Of a DNA stretch of 64,000 nucleotides, positions 31,263-44,883 are shown in pieces. Source of the stretch: an uncultured Acidobacteriaceae bacterium (GTDB lineage: Bacteria > Acidobacteriota > Terriglobia > Terriglobales > Acidobacteriaceae); contig CAVTSJ010000014.1 in assembly GCA_963737325.1 (NCBI GenBank), forward strand, positions 106,347 to 170,346, read 5' to 3'. Positions within the stretch are counted from its first letter, which is position 1. Every line of letters starts with the position of its first letter. A program made the translations under genes and the position numbers. The notes under the pieces were generated by a model. It saw nothing but the letters and a program-made list of their open reading frames with translations, had not been told where the DNA came from and did no database searches.

Positions 31263-32384
31263 ATGAAGTTCCGAACAAGAATTCTTTGCCTCTTGTTGGC
31301 ATCCACCTGCGCCATCGCCCAGCAACCGGAGCGCTGGTCCGCCGAAAAGGCCAACGCCTGGTACGCGCAGCAGCCCTGGCTCGTAGGCGCCAACTACGTC
31401 CCCTCCGACGCCATCAATCAGCTCGAAATGTTTCAGGCTGCCACCTGGAATCCGCAGTTGAACGACAAAGAGCTCGGCATGGCGCAGAGCATCGGCATGA
31501 ACACCATGCGCGTCTTCCTGCAGGATCAGCTCTGGCAGCAGGATCCCGCCGGATTCAAGCAGCGCCTCGACGCCTTCCTCACCATCGCATCGCATCACGG
31601 CATCCGCCCCATCCTCGTACTCTTCGACTCCTGCTGGGATCCCAACCCCAAGCTCGGCCCGCAGCATCCGCCCATCCCCGGCGTGCACAACTCCGGCTGG
31701 GTGCAAAGCCCCGGCATGGCAGAGCTCACCAACCCCGCCGATGAGCCCAAGCTCGAAGCCTACGTCAAAGGCATCGTCGGCGCCTTCGCCAACGATCCCC
31801 GCATCCTCGCCTGGGATGTGTGGAACGAGCCCGACAATCCCGCCGAGCAATACGGCCCGCAGCCGCACAAGATCGAGCGCGTAGACTACCTCCTGCCTCT
31901 CGCCTTCGCCTGGGCCCGCGAAGAGCATCCCACGCAGCCCCTCACCAGCGGCGTCTGGCGCGGCGACTGGTCGCACCCTGACCGAGAAAGCGCCACCACC
32001 AAAATCCAACTAGCCGAGTCCGACATCATCAGCTTCCACAACTACGGCTGGCCAGAAGAATTCGAAGCGCGCATCAAGGAGCTCCAGCCGCTCGGCCGCC
32101 CCATTCTTTGCACCGAGTACATGGCCCGCGGCGCCGGCAGCACCTTCGACAACTCCCTGCCCATCGCCAAGAAATATCACGTAGCCGCCATCAACTGGGG
32201 CCTCGTCGCGGGCAAAACGCAAACCTACTACCCGTGGGACTCGTGGGAGCGCCCCTACGTCCTCATGCAGCCCACCGTCTGGTTCCACGAAGTCTTTCGC
32301 CAGGACGACACCCCCTACCGCCAACACGAAGTCGACCTGATCCGCGAACTCACCGGCCGTGGCACGCCCCTAAGCACCAACTGA
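31263..32384 (+). CDS. Secreted clan GH-A glycoside hydrolase (GH5-like)
   Basis: Signal peptide; WDVWNEP acid/base and CTEY nucleophile motifs. Confidence 0.85.
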   Translation: MKFRTRILCLLLASTCAIAQQPERWSAEKANAWYAQQPWLVGANYVPSDAINQLEMFQAATWNPQLNDKELGMAQSIGMNTMRVFLQDQLWQQDPAGFKQRLDAFLTIASHHGIRPILVLFDSCWDPNPKLGPQHPPIPGVHNSGWVQSPGMAELTNPADEPKLEAYVKGIVGAFANDPRILAWDVWNEPDNPAEQYGPQPHKIERVDYLLPLAFAWAREEHPTQPLTSGVWRGDWSHPDRESATTKIQLAESDIISFHNYGWPEEFEARIKELQPLGRPILCTEYMARGAGSTFDNSLPIAKKYHVAAINWGLVAGKTQTYYPWDSWERPYVLMQPTVWFHEVFRQDDTPYRQHEVDLIRELTGRGTPLSTN

Positions 32385-32461
32385 CTTGCCAGCCTTCGCG
32401 CAGCGGAGGATCTGCTTCTCGCCACAACTACGCGACCATCTTCCTGGAGTTAGCATTGCCC

Positions 32462-33575
32462 ATGAACGAAGCGCCTAACCCAACGCCGCCAACCCTCACC
32501 CTCCGCCCGGCCTCCGACTGCCGCTGGGATCTCCTCTCCCTCGGCGAAGTCATGCTGCGCTTCGATCCCGGCGAAGGCCGCATCGTCGGCGCGCGAACCT
32601 TCCGCGTGTGGGAAGGCGGCGGCGAGTACAACGTCGCCCGCGGCCTCCGTCGCTGCTTCAATCTCCGCACCTCCATCGCCACCGCGCTCGTCGACAACCC
32701 CGTCGGCCGCCTGGTCGAAGACCTCATCCTGCAAGGCGGCGTCGACACCTCGCACATCCACTGGGCGCCCTTCGACGGCGTTGGCCGCGACGCCCGCAAT
32801 GGCATCTACTTCCTCGAGCGCGGCTTCGGCGTCCGCCCCGGCCTCGGCATGATGGACCGCGGCCACACCGCCATCTCGCAACTCAAGCCCGGCACCATCG
32901 ACTGGGATCAGCTTTTCTCCGCCGAAGGCGTCCGCATCTTCCACACCGGCGGCATCATGGCCGCGCTCTCGGAAGACGCCACCGAAGTCGTTCGCGAGTC
33001 CATCACCGCCGCCCGACGCCACGGCACGCTCATCAGCTACGACGGCAACTATCGCGCCTCGCTCTGGAAGTCTCGCGGAGGCCGTGCCCGCTCCGTCGAA
33101 GTCAACCGGTCTATTCTCCCGCATGGTGGACATCTTCTTCGGCCACGAAGGCGACGTCGCCGCAACCCTCGGCGAAGACGCCCACCGCCCCGCCTGGCAT
33201 ACCCTCGACACCTTCGCGTCGATGGCCGAGCGCGTCGTCGCCGAGTACCCCAACCTCAAGGTTCTAGCCACCACCATTCGCCGCCCCCACACCGCAAATC
33301 GCAACAGCTGGAGCGCCTTCGCTTTCGCCAACCACCAAGCCAGCGCCGGCCTCGCCTTCGACGACCTCGACATCCTCGACCGCGTCGGCGGCGGCGACTC
33401 CTTCGCCTCCGGCCTCCTCTACGGCCTCCTCGCCGGCAAGGATCTCGCCTGGTCGCTCAACTGCGGCATCGCGCACGGAGCCCTCGCCATGACCACCCCC
33501 GGCGACGCCTCCATGGTCACCCTCCCCGAGGTCGAGCGCCTCATGAGTGGCAGCCTTGCGGGCACACTTCGCTGA
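32462..33575 (+). pseudogene. PfkB-family sugar kinase, 2-keto-3-deoxygluconate kinase-like, with one-base insertion near 33122
   Basis: GEVMLRFDP, GGGEYNVA, SYDGNYR in one frame; DRVGGGDSF in the next. Removing one base in CCG-C-ATG joins them into 370 codons. Confidence 0.88.
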
Positions 33576-33729
33576 ATTTCCTCGTCGCCAACCCGCCCCG
33601 TACAATCGAAGGTACCAAGACAAACGATTTTCTTCTGTTCGGTAGCAACATGCTTGTATACTCAAACGATCACCTAAGGCGCTACCTGTCGAACTTGAAA
33701 AGCTTCGAGGCTGAACGACGGAAGAATGG

Positions 33730-34794
33730 ATGAAGATCAAGCCGCCTAGCTCGCCCGACCCTGTGCCGCCGCCCAAGAAGCGGACCAGCCTCAAGGACCT
33801 CGCCACCTATCTTGGCGTCTCGCAGACCACCGTCTCGTTCGTTCTCAACGATGCGCCCCTCGCCAAGAACCTCACTGAAGAGACTCGCCGCCGCGTGCAT
33901 GAAGCTGCCCGCAAGTTCAACTACCGGCCAAGCTACTTCGCGCTGAACCTCCACAAAACCGGCAGCGATTCGGTCGGCGTCATCGTCCCCGAACACAGCG
34001 AAGGCTACTTCACCGTCGTCATGGAAGGCGTCGAGCGCTATCTCCTGCAAAAGCACTTCCTCTACTTCACCGCCTGCCACTACGGCAAGCACAAGCTCGT
34101 CAAGGAATACTCCGAACTCCTTATGAACCGCGGCGCCGAAGGCCTTCTGCTCCTCAACACCAACGCCGACTTCGACACCCCGCTGCCCGTCGTCACCATC
34201 TCCGGCCACAAGGAGAAGGAGGGCGTCACCAACGTCTTCATCGACCACCGCGTAGCCGCGCGCCTCGCCATCCGCCACCTCTACGACCTCGGCCATCGCA
34301 AGATCGCCTTCATGAAAGGTCACCGCTCCGTCATGGACACCGACTTCCGCTGGGAGGCCATGATGCAGGTCGCCCGCGAGTTCGGCGTCGAGCCCACACC
34401 CGAGCGCACCGTGCAACTCGAGGTCGGCGGCTGGACCCCTCAGATCGGCTACGAGCCCACCCAGCGCCTGCTCGCCGCAACCCGCGACTTCACCGCCCTC
34501 ATCTGCTTCAACGACACCGCCGCCATCGGCGCCATGCGCGTGCTCCACGAAGCCGGCATGCGCGTCCCCCATGATGTCTCCGTCGTCGGCTTCGACGACA
34601 TCGTCTCTGCCGAGTTCCATGTGCCCAGCCTCACCACCATCCGCCAGCCACTCAAGCACATGGGCAAGCTCGCGGCCAGCATCCTGCTCGAGCGCATCGC
34701 CAACCCCGCCGCGCCCTACGCCGCCAACATCCCCATCAAGCCAGCCCTGATCATCCGCGAATCCACCGCCTTGGTCAACCCCACCGGGCGCTGA
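33730..34794 (+). CDS. LacI-family transcriptional regulator
   Basis: SLKDLATYLGVSQTTVS HTH, LGHRKIAF, NDTAAIG, VVGFDD, LTTIRQP. Confidence 0.94.
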   Translation: MKIKPPSSPDPVPPPKKRTSLKDLATYLGVSQTTVSFVLNDAPLAKNLTEETRRRVHEAARKFNYRPSYFALNLHKTGSDSVGVIVPEHSEGYFTVVMEGVERYLLQKHFLYFTACHYGKHKLVKEYSELLMNRGAEGLLLLNTNADFDTPLPVVTISGHKEKEGVTNVFIDHRVAARLAIRHLYDLGHRKIAFMKGHRSVMDTDFRWEAMMQVAREFGVEPTPERTVQLEVGGWTPQIGYEPTQRLLAATRDFTALICFNDTAAIGAMRVLHEAGMRVPHDVSVVGFDDIVSAEFHVPSLTTIRQPLKHMGKLAASILLERIANPAAPYAANIPIKPALIIRESTALVNPTGR

Positions 34795-34904
34795 TTCCCA
34801 ACCCGCCTTTCCTGGGCGGTTGCGCGATGCCTTTCTTTCTGTCTTTCCCTTGGGAATATGCTTCTGTGACTCCGCAATACAGCCGCGCAAGCGACAGCAG
34901 AATT

Positions 34905-34982
34905 TGGCGTCCCCGACGGGATTCGAACCACGTGTTTACGCCATGAGTGTGGCGTCGTCCTGGGCCTCTAGACGACGGGGAC
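34905..34982 (-). tRNA. tRNA-Glu (CTC), with anomalous 8-nt anticodon loop and extra T-stem base
   Basis: Reverse complement GTCCCCG...CGGGGAC-G-CCA acceptor stem, GTCTAGAGGCCCAGGAC D arm, TTCGAAT T loop. 78 nt versus the usual 76. Confidence 0.88.
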
Positions 34983-35203
34983 GCGTATAAGCCGTTGCTA
35001 ATTCTAGAGGGTTGACGTCCCCAACGGGCATCGTACCGTCCGACCACCACGAAGGCGGGAAACAACCTGCTCTCTCTAGTCTCGCGGAGCCGGTATCAAT
35101 TTGCAAGCCTCACGCGACCCTCAACCCGATCACCGCACCCACTTGTCGCATCCGCATCAACCCTTGCATCCATCCACCACCACCTGCAATCATCAACCCA
35201 ACC

Positions 35204-35830
35204 ATGCCTCAGCTCATCCAACTCGGAGCCGCACCCCGCGCGCCCGCTTCCTCACGCTCCCCCATCCTCTGGCTGCAGTCCATCACCCTCCTCTGGATGA
35301 TCGCCGAGCTCGCGATCTCCGCGCGCGCCGCCTACACGGCGCACAGCCCCGCGCTCCTCGCCTTCGCATCCGACAGCCTCGTTGAGCTCCTCTCCGCCAC
35401 CGTGGTTCTCCTCCAATACGCTGCCACGCTTCGCCTCACCGACCGCCTCGCCACCCGCGCCGCCGCCATCCTCCTCTACGCCCTCGCCCTCATCGTCGCG
35501 ATCATCGCCCTCGCCACGCTCGTCCAGCACGACCATCCCGCACCCAGCCGCCTCGGCATCGCCATCACTGTCGCCGCACTGATCGCCATGCCGATCCTCG
35601 CCACACTCAAGCGCCGCCACGCCCGCCGCACCGGCAACGTCGCCCTCGCCGCCGACGCCGTCCAGTCCGCCACCTGCGCCTACCTCGCCCTCATCACCCT
35701 CGCGGGCCTCTCGCTCAACGCCGCATTCCGCATACCCTGGTTCGACCCCATCGCCGCCCTCCTCGCCGTCCCTATCCTTCTCCACGAAGCCAACCAGGCA
35801 CGCCGCGGCCACACCTGCGCCTGCTGCTGA
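35204..35830 (+). CDS. Cation-efflux-like (CDF TM domain only) membrane protein
   Basis: LLAFASDSLVE, ALAADAVQS--C-YL, WFDP-AA, terminal CACC. Confidence 0.75.
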   Translation: MPQLIQLGAAPRAPASSRSPILWLQSITLLWMIAELAISARAAYTAHSPALLAFASDSLVELLSATVVLLQYAATLRLTDRLATRAAAILLYALALIVAIIALATLVQHDHPAPSRLGIAITVAALIAMPILATLKRRHARRTGNVALAADAVQSATCAYLALITLAGLSLNAAFRIPWFDPIAALLAVPILLHEANQARRGHTCACC

Positions 35831-35862
35831 CGACCTCGCCGCCCGCGCAGGACCTCTGCCAA

Positions 35863-37155
35863 TTACCGAACCAACCGCACATCCATCTTCAGCTGATACG
35901 CCACCGGTCTTCCGTCTACCAACGCAGGGATAAACTTCCAATTGTTTGCCGCCTGCAGCAACTCCGGATCGCTTCCGCGCGGCAGCATCGTCACCGCCTC
36001 CACCTTGCCGGCGGCGTCAATCGTCAACAGAACCGTCTCCACTCCCTGCGCCAACGATTCCTCTGCTACGGTCGGCGGAGGCCTCCACAGCAGAATCGCC
36101 TTCGGCTCCATATCCGCGGCATAAAGCCCTGTCGATCCCTCATCCTTCACCAACACCGGACCCTCGTGCCCACTCACCCCCGGGACGCCATACATCAGCC
36201 GTCCGCCATTCTCCTGCGAAGGATCTGCCTTCAGATACTCGTACAGCGCAGGCCTCTCCATCCACTTCGGAGGCAGCGTCGCAGAAGCCACCTTCGCCAC
36301 CTGTGTCTCGATTCCGCGCGCCCGCGCCGCCACCATCGCGGTTCTCACTCGCGCCACATCCCCAGCCGGCCAAGCACTCTCCAACTCTGCCCACGCCCGT
36401 CCCGGCCTGCCGCTGTATAGGTAAGCCCACACAATTTCCAGCACCGTTGCCTTCGTCTTCCGCAGTCGAACCTCTTCCACCGCCCCAACCGACCCGGAGC
36501 TCAAGCGCCCGTCGCTTTTCCGGAACTCAGCCAACTCCTCCGCCGTCACACCCCTGCGCAGCCCGTTAATCTGACCGTCATACAGCGCCCGGTACCACGC
36601 GCTCACATCGACCAGCCGCCCGTGCTCCAACCGCAACGCCATCATCGGAGGAGACGAGAAGTCGTCACGCCCCAGCCCGTCAAATCCATCCACCGCCGCA
36701 GCGTCCCTCGTCCAGATCGCCACCTGCCCATTGAACTCCGCATCGACTGCTCGATAGGAATCTCCGCCCGTCAGCGTCAGCAGATGCCGCGGCTTCTTCT
36801 CCATCGACCAGATCTCATAGTTCGCGCGCCGATCATCCTCGGCTGGCCGCACCACAAAGGCCACCACCGGCATACCCATCCCCAGGTCGGCTCCAAGCAC
36901 ATCGATATCCACCTGCGCGGCCGTCTGCACGACCGCAGCCCGCTCGTTGCCCCAGCGCAGCCCCGCCTCGCAGGCGCGAGTAGCAAATCCTCCGCTCTTC
37001 ACCGCACCCACGCGCACCGTAACGCCGGTCGGAAAATTCGCCTCGAAGTGCCCGTTGCCCCGGTCGCAAACCACCTGCCGAGACTGCGCCCATCCCCCGC
37101 TCCACGCCACGCAGATCAGCAGCAGCACCCATTGCTTTATCGGCTTCATCCTCAT
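35863..37155 (-). CDS. Secreted hypothetical protein with C-terminal TonB_C-like domain
   Basis: Signal peptide (GWA/Q); C-terminus LTIDAAGKVEAV...WKFIPALVDGRPV. Confidence 0.65.
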   Translation of the reverse strand: MRMKPIKQWVLLLICVAWSGGWAQSRQVVCDRGNGHFEANFPTGVTVRVGAVKSGGFATRACEAGLRWGNERAAVVQTAAQVDIDVLGADLGMGMPVVAFVVRPAEDDRRANYEIWSMEKKPRHLLTLTGGDSYRAVDAEFNGQVAIWTRDAAAVDGFDGLGRDDFSSPPMMALRLEHGRLVDVSAWYRALYDGQINGLRRGVTAEELAEFRKSDGRLSSGSVGAVEEVRLRKTKATVLEIVWAYLYSGRPGRAWAELESAWPAGDVARVRTAMVAARARGIETQVAKVASATLPPKWMERPALYEYLKADPSQENGGRLMYGVPGVSGHEGPVLVKDEGSTGLYAADMEPKAILLWRPPPTVAEESLAQGVETVLLTIDAAGKVEAVTMLPRGSDPELLQAANNWKFIPALVDGRPVAYQLKMDVRLVR

Positions 37156-37772
37156 GCCTTGTCTCCTGCGGGTCCCAGCGCGATCGAAAGAAAGAACTCC
37201 TGAAGCATAATGGAATCGTTCGTCCTTGCCTTCGATCAGCACATCAAATCGCCCAAGGGCGACATTTATCTCTTCCTCGTCGTTCTCGACACCACCAGCA
37301 ACCGCTTCGGCACAATCAACCTCCCCGTCGCCGTACAAAAGCTCTCTAAGCCAAACCCGTAGACCACCCCAACATTTTGCCCTCCCACCTGGACCCACTC
37401 GCCCCTCCCGGCCCGTGCAGAATCCTGTCAAGCCCCCGAGACCGCCCAAAACCGCCAAAACCCGCATGAACACCCGCGATAAATCTTTCCAAAACCTGGC
37501 ATAGTTACCCCCTTCCACTAGCTACAATTGAAGTAGGACCTCCTCCATCGAAACTAGAAACCCGCCTCGATCGATTGAGTCTGGCGACGTTTCAGCTCGT
37601 AAGTTCTTTAGAAGAGTAACTTTGCCCGTAAAGTCTCTGGTCGCCCGACTTTAGCGCCCGTTTTGCCTCCAGGCGTGGTCATACTTTTGGCCTTAACCTT
37701 CCTGAATGCACTACTTTACGCCGAAAAGACATTTTTAGGGGGGGGAGGGGGGTACACGCTCGCCCAGCCTGC

Positions 37773-37803
37773 AATAAGAAAGCCCCGCGCGAGCGAGGCT
37801 TTT
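37773..37803 (-). terminator. Probable intrinsic terminator of the atp operon
   Basis: Minus-strand 10-bp stem AAAGCCUCGC/GCGGGGCUUU (one G-U), 4-nt loop, U-rich tail, 25 nt after the atpC stop. Confidence 0.7.
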
Positions 37804-37827
37804 CCGTTCCAAATAATCCGTGCCCGC

Positions 37828-38259
37828 TTAGTGTTTCCCTTGCGCGCTCGCAATCTTCTCTTCCGCGACGCGAGTTACCGCATTCGCCTCGTCGTACTTG
37901 GCCTGATCGTCGCCAGCCCGGTCCCAAAGCTCGCGTCCATGTTGCAGCTCAGCCTGGGCCTCAGCTGGATCGATCTCATCGGGATGCAGCGCCGTCTCTG
38001 CCAGGATCGTCACGCGTTCCGGCAGCACCTCCACAAAGCCCCAGGCAACGAAGAACGTCTGGTTCCCTGCCGATCCGCCGTGCAGCCGCACCTCGCCCGC
38101 ACCAAGCTCCGCCAGCAGCGGCGCCGCACCGTAAAGCGCCTCCAGGTAGCCCGACATCGACGGCAGCTCCACCGCCTCCGCCGTAGCGTCCAGCAGCACC
38201 CGGTCCGGCGTTACCAGCCGAACCGCAAGCAGCCCCGAATTGTTTCCAGCCTCAGCCAT
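37828..38259 (-). CDS. atpC: F1 ATP synthase epsilon subunit
   Basis: LVTPDRVL, VAWGFVEVLPERVTILAETA. Confidence 0.95.
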   Translation of the reverse strand: MAEAGNNSGLLAVRLVTPDRVLLDATAEAVELPSMSGYLEALYGAAPLLAELGAGEVRLHGGSAGNQTFFVAWGFVEVLPERVTILAETALHPDEIDPAEAQAELQHGRELWDRAGDDQAKYDEANAVTRVAEEKIASAQGKH

Positions 38260-38264
38260 GCTTT

Positions 38265-38290
38265 CTAATCCCTGTTCCCTAATCCCTGCT
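38265..38290. repeat. Tandem heptamer array between atpD and atpC
   Basis: CTAATCC CTGTTCC CTAATCC CTGCT. Confidence 0.65.
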
Positions 38291-38291
38291 T

Positions 38292-39749
<1,458 letters not shown>

Positions 39750-40195
39750 CTATTCAAGGTCCTTCATCAACTTTTGTCGTGTGTCTTGCGAAACTTTTAG
39801 TCTCTTAGTGGCCATATCGTTGGTGGTATTGAGATCACTTGTATCGCCATTCTCAATGTCGGATATTTGTATGCGTTCTAACCTTCTCAAGGGGTCCGTC
39901 GCCGCCAAATAGATGTCCAAATCATTTGCAATCGTTTTGTCTCTTGCAGTCTTACTCCTAATGTGCGCCTCAGCAATCAATCGACTTGCCCGCTGCTCAA
40001 ACTTCATATATTGATCGTCGCTAACTCCATCCGTCCGAAGCATGTCCACGCTATATACGGCTTCTATCCCTACTTGCCTCTCTCCATTGGTTACGCGCAT
40101 CGGATCGAAAAACCAGGCTGTACCAACTATTACAACCACTGCAAGTACTGTTAGGAGCAGATGCTTCTTCAAACATTCGAAGAAGCGTGAAGCGC

Positions 40196-40199
<4 letters not shown>
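39750..40199 (-). CDS. Orphan membrane-anchored protein inserted between atpG and atpD
   Basis: 149 aa ORF filling the gap; ATGA overlap with the atpG stop; one N-terminal hydrophobic helix; about 46% GC (hand count 166/360 over 39781-40140). Confidence 0.75.
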
Positions 40200-41287
<1,088 letters not shown>

Positions 41288-41309
41288 TCGTCCTTATGCA
41301 GTTGCGCTG

Positions 41310-42878
<1,569 letters not shown>

Positions 42879-42911
42879 TCAAATCCTGTTGCGTATCTTC
42901 TGCTGATCCGG

Positions 42912-43460
42912 CTACGCTCCGGCTGCAATCAGCCGGGCTTTGAGTTGCTGCAGTTGCGCGCGAATCGACCCATCGTAAACCGTGGACCCTATGGTGACGA
43001 CCGCGCCGCCCAGCAAGGACGCGTCTTCGCTATACGTTGCGTGCACGTCCTGCTGACCGGTCAAGGTCGAAATCTTCTGCTCCAGCAGCTTGCGGTTATT
43101 CTCGTCCAGCGGCATGGCGCTGACGATCTCGGCTTCGGCGACGCTGGAGTTCTCATCCGCAATCGCGCCGTATGCGGCAATCATGCTGCGCAGTTCGTGC
43201 AGACGCTGATGGTCAGCGATGACTGCGATGAAATTCCGGACCGTCTTGCTCATGCCGGATCTCGCCGCAATGGCGTCTAGCACCTTCAGCTTCTGTGGCT
43301 CAGGAAGCGAGGGATTTTCCAGTACCTCGCGTAGTTCGGCGCTCGCTTCCAGTGTGTCGGCAAAGTCGTTCAACTGCCCTTGTGCGGCAACCACATCCAA
43401 CTTCTGGTCAGAGATCACAGCAGCCAACGCACGCGCATAACGAAGATCAACAGCAGCCAT
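42912..43460 (-). CDS. atpH: F1 ATP synthase delta subunit
   Basis: RYARAL, LENP, LLGG--V-IG--VYDGSI. Confidence 0.94.
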   Translation of the reverse strand: MAAVDLRYARALAAVISDQKLDVVAAQGQLNDFADTLEASAELREVLENPSLPEPQKLKVLDAIAARSGMSKTVRNFIAVIADHQRLHELRSMIAAYGAIADENSSVAEAEIVSAMPLDENNRKLLEQKISTLTGQQDVHATYSEDASLLGGAVVTIGSTVYDGSIRAQLQQLKARLIAAGA

Positions 43461-44164
43461 TAGTTGTTGCTCCCTTCGCCAAGCTTGTGAGCAAAATTCT
43501 CAACCAGTAACCGATCCGTGTCTGCAGTGACGACCAGCTTGCGAGCTGCCTGCTCGATAGCGAGTTCTGCGGCATATTTCTGAATCTCGCGGCGTGCAAG
43601 GGTCGTTGCGCTCTGAATCTCGGATTCCGCAGCGGCGAGGATCTTGTTCTTCTCCTCTTCCACGCTGGCCAGGATTCGCTGTTCATCGCGCGCGGCATCC
43701 GTCTCAGCCTGGGCGCGCATCGCGGCAATCTGATCGTCAAGCTTGGACAGCCGCTCCTCCACCGAACTGAGTCGTGCAGTAGCCTCTTCGGTCGCGGTGC
43801 GCGCATCGACCAGGTGCTTCTGGATTGCCGTACTGCGGTTGCGGAAAGCCTTGGGAAGAATCTTCATCAACCCATATCCAACGCCGCCTGCGAGGATGAG
43901 AATGTTGAAGATCGTGAAGACATTGGCAGCCGTCTCGGGCTTCATACCGAGCGCCGCGCCTATCTTTACTACCGCCGGTGACAACCGGTACGCGTCTGTC
44001 TCACTTAGAGAGGTTTGCTTGGCGGTGCCATTGATCAACGCTGTCTGCTGAGCCTTTTCCGATTTTTGCGCGTGGATCGAAACCGTAACAGCAAGGAGGA
44101 ACAGCAATCCAAGTGGAGCGAGTAACAGTCGCCGTGATGCGGCCATTGTTCGGCGAGAGGTCAT
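43460..44164 (-). CDS. atpF: Fo subunit b with N-terminal signal-peptide-like extension
   Basis: FNILIL TM, coiled-coil stalk, position upstream of atpH. Confidence 0.88.
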   Translation of the reverse strand: MTSRRTMAASRRLLLAPLGLLFLLAVTVSIHAQKSEKAQQTALINGTAKQTSLSETDAYRLSPAVVKIGAALGMKPETAANVFTIFNILILAGGVGYGLMKILPKAFRNRSTAIQKHLVDARTATEEATARLSSVEERLSKLDDQIAAMRAQAETDAARDEQRILASVEEEKNKILAAAESEIQSATTLARREIQKYAAELAIEQAARKLVVTADTDRLLVENFAHKLGEGSNN

Positions 44165-44628
44165 GACTGGCGCGCCTCCGAGAGGTTCGTTCCGGCTGGA
44201 AGCACCGCACGCAGAATCTGTTCGCTGAGCGCGGCGGTTGATCCTTCGATCTGCTTGCGCGCACCGGCCGACATCTCCTCGATTTCTCTACGGGCTGCAT
44301 TGACGCGCGTCTGAGCAGCATCGCGAGCGCTCTTCACGGCCTGATCGCGCTCAGCTTGCCACTGTTGCAATTTACGCTCGCGTGCCGCCATCATCTCGCT
44401 GCGCGCGGCTCGCAACTTCTCCTCGTACACCGTGGCTTCAGCTTCGGCTGCGGAGATGGCGCCGCGCGCTCGTTCTACGGCTCCGGTAGTGCGTGCGCGA
44501 CGCTCAGCCAATGTCTTGTCGAGAGGCTTGCGCACCAAGGGTCCGTACGCTGCCACCAGCAGAATGAAAAAGACCATGGTCGGCACAGAGCCGAGCACGA
44601 GACCACCAAGTTGATGCAAAATTTCCAT
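44161..44628 (-). CDS. Fo subunit b' (second b paralogue)
   Basis: N-terminal TM, PL-K-LAERR, Ala/Arg coiled coil; first gene of the operon. Confidence 0.88.
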   Translation of the reverse strand: MEILHQLGGLVLGSVPTMVFFILLVAAYGPLVRKPLDKTLAERRARTTGAVERARGAISAAEAEATVYEEKLRAARSEMMAARERKLQQWQAERDQAVKSARDAAQTRVNAARREIEEMSAGARKQIEGSTAALSEQILRAVLPAGTNLSEARQS

Positions 44629-44748
44629 GAGATTCTAGGGTTCTTCAGGAGGGGGTAAAGGCTCGTTGCTTCCAGGAGCAAATCAAGCCCTGTTGTCTAC
44701 TGCCGAGCACCGCTCAAGCATTCCTAATTTTTCAGTTCGCTCCCTTCA

Positions 44749-44778
44749 TTTGTAGCAAAGCCGGGAGTTGGAAGTCAA
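44749..44778 (-). promoter_or_regulatory. Candidate sigma70 promoter of the atp operon
   Basis: TTGACT (44778-44773), 18-nt spacer, TACAAA (44754-44749), about 120 nt upstream of b'. Confidence 0.45.
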
Positions 44779-44883
44779 AGAATGAGCGCGTTATGAGCGC
44801 AATTCTGACGGATTCTTCCTTCGGAAGCGATAATCGCTTTTCCGGCCCACTTTCTCATTAATTTCTTCTTCCATTGCGCGCGC

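Noticed and set aside
33618-33673. LacI operator candidates AAACGATT and AAACGATC upstream of the LacI gene
   Set aside because: Short, weakly palindromic matches that could occur by chance.
22398-34982. The 8-nt-loop tRNA as a dedicated +1 suppressor for the nearby frameshifted genes
   Set aside because: The shift sites (GGCG, GTT-C, GAAG, CCGG, CCGC) share no common quadruplet and do not match the loop, and extra bases also occur in non-coding features. One error process explains all of them more simply.
34800-37800. Integrative element at tRNA-Glu
   Set aside because: No integrase, and I saw no duplicated tRNA 3' end.
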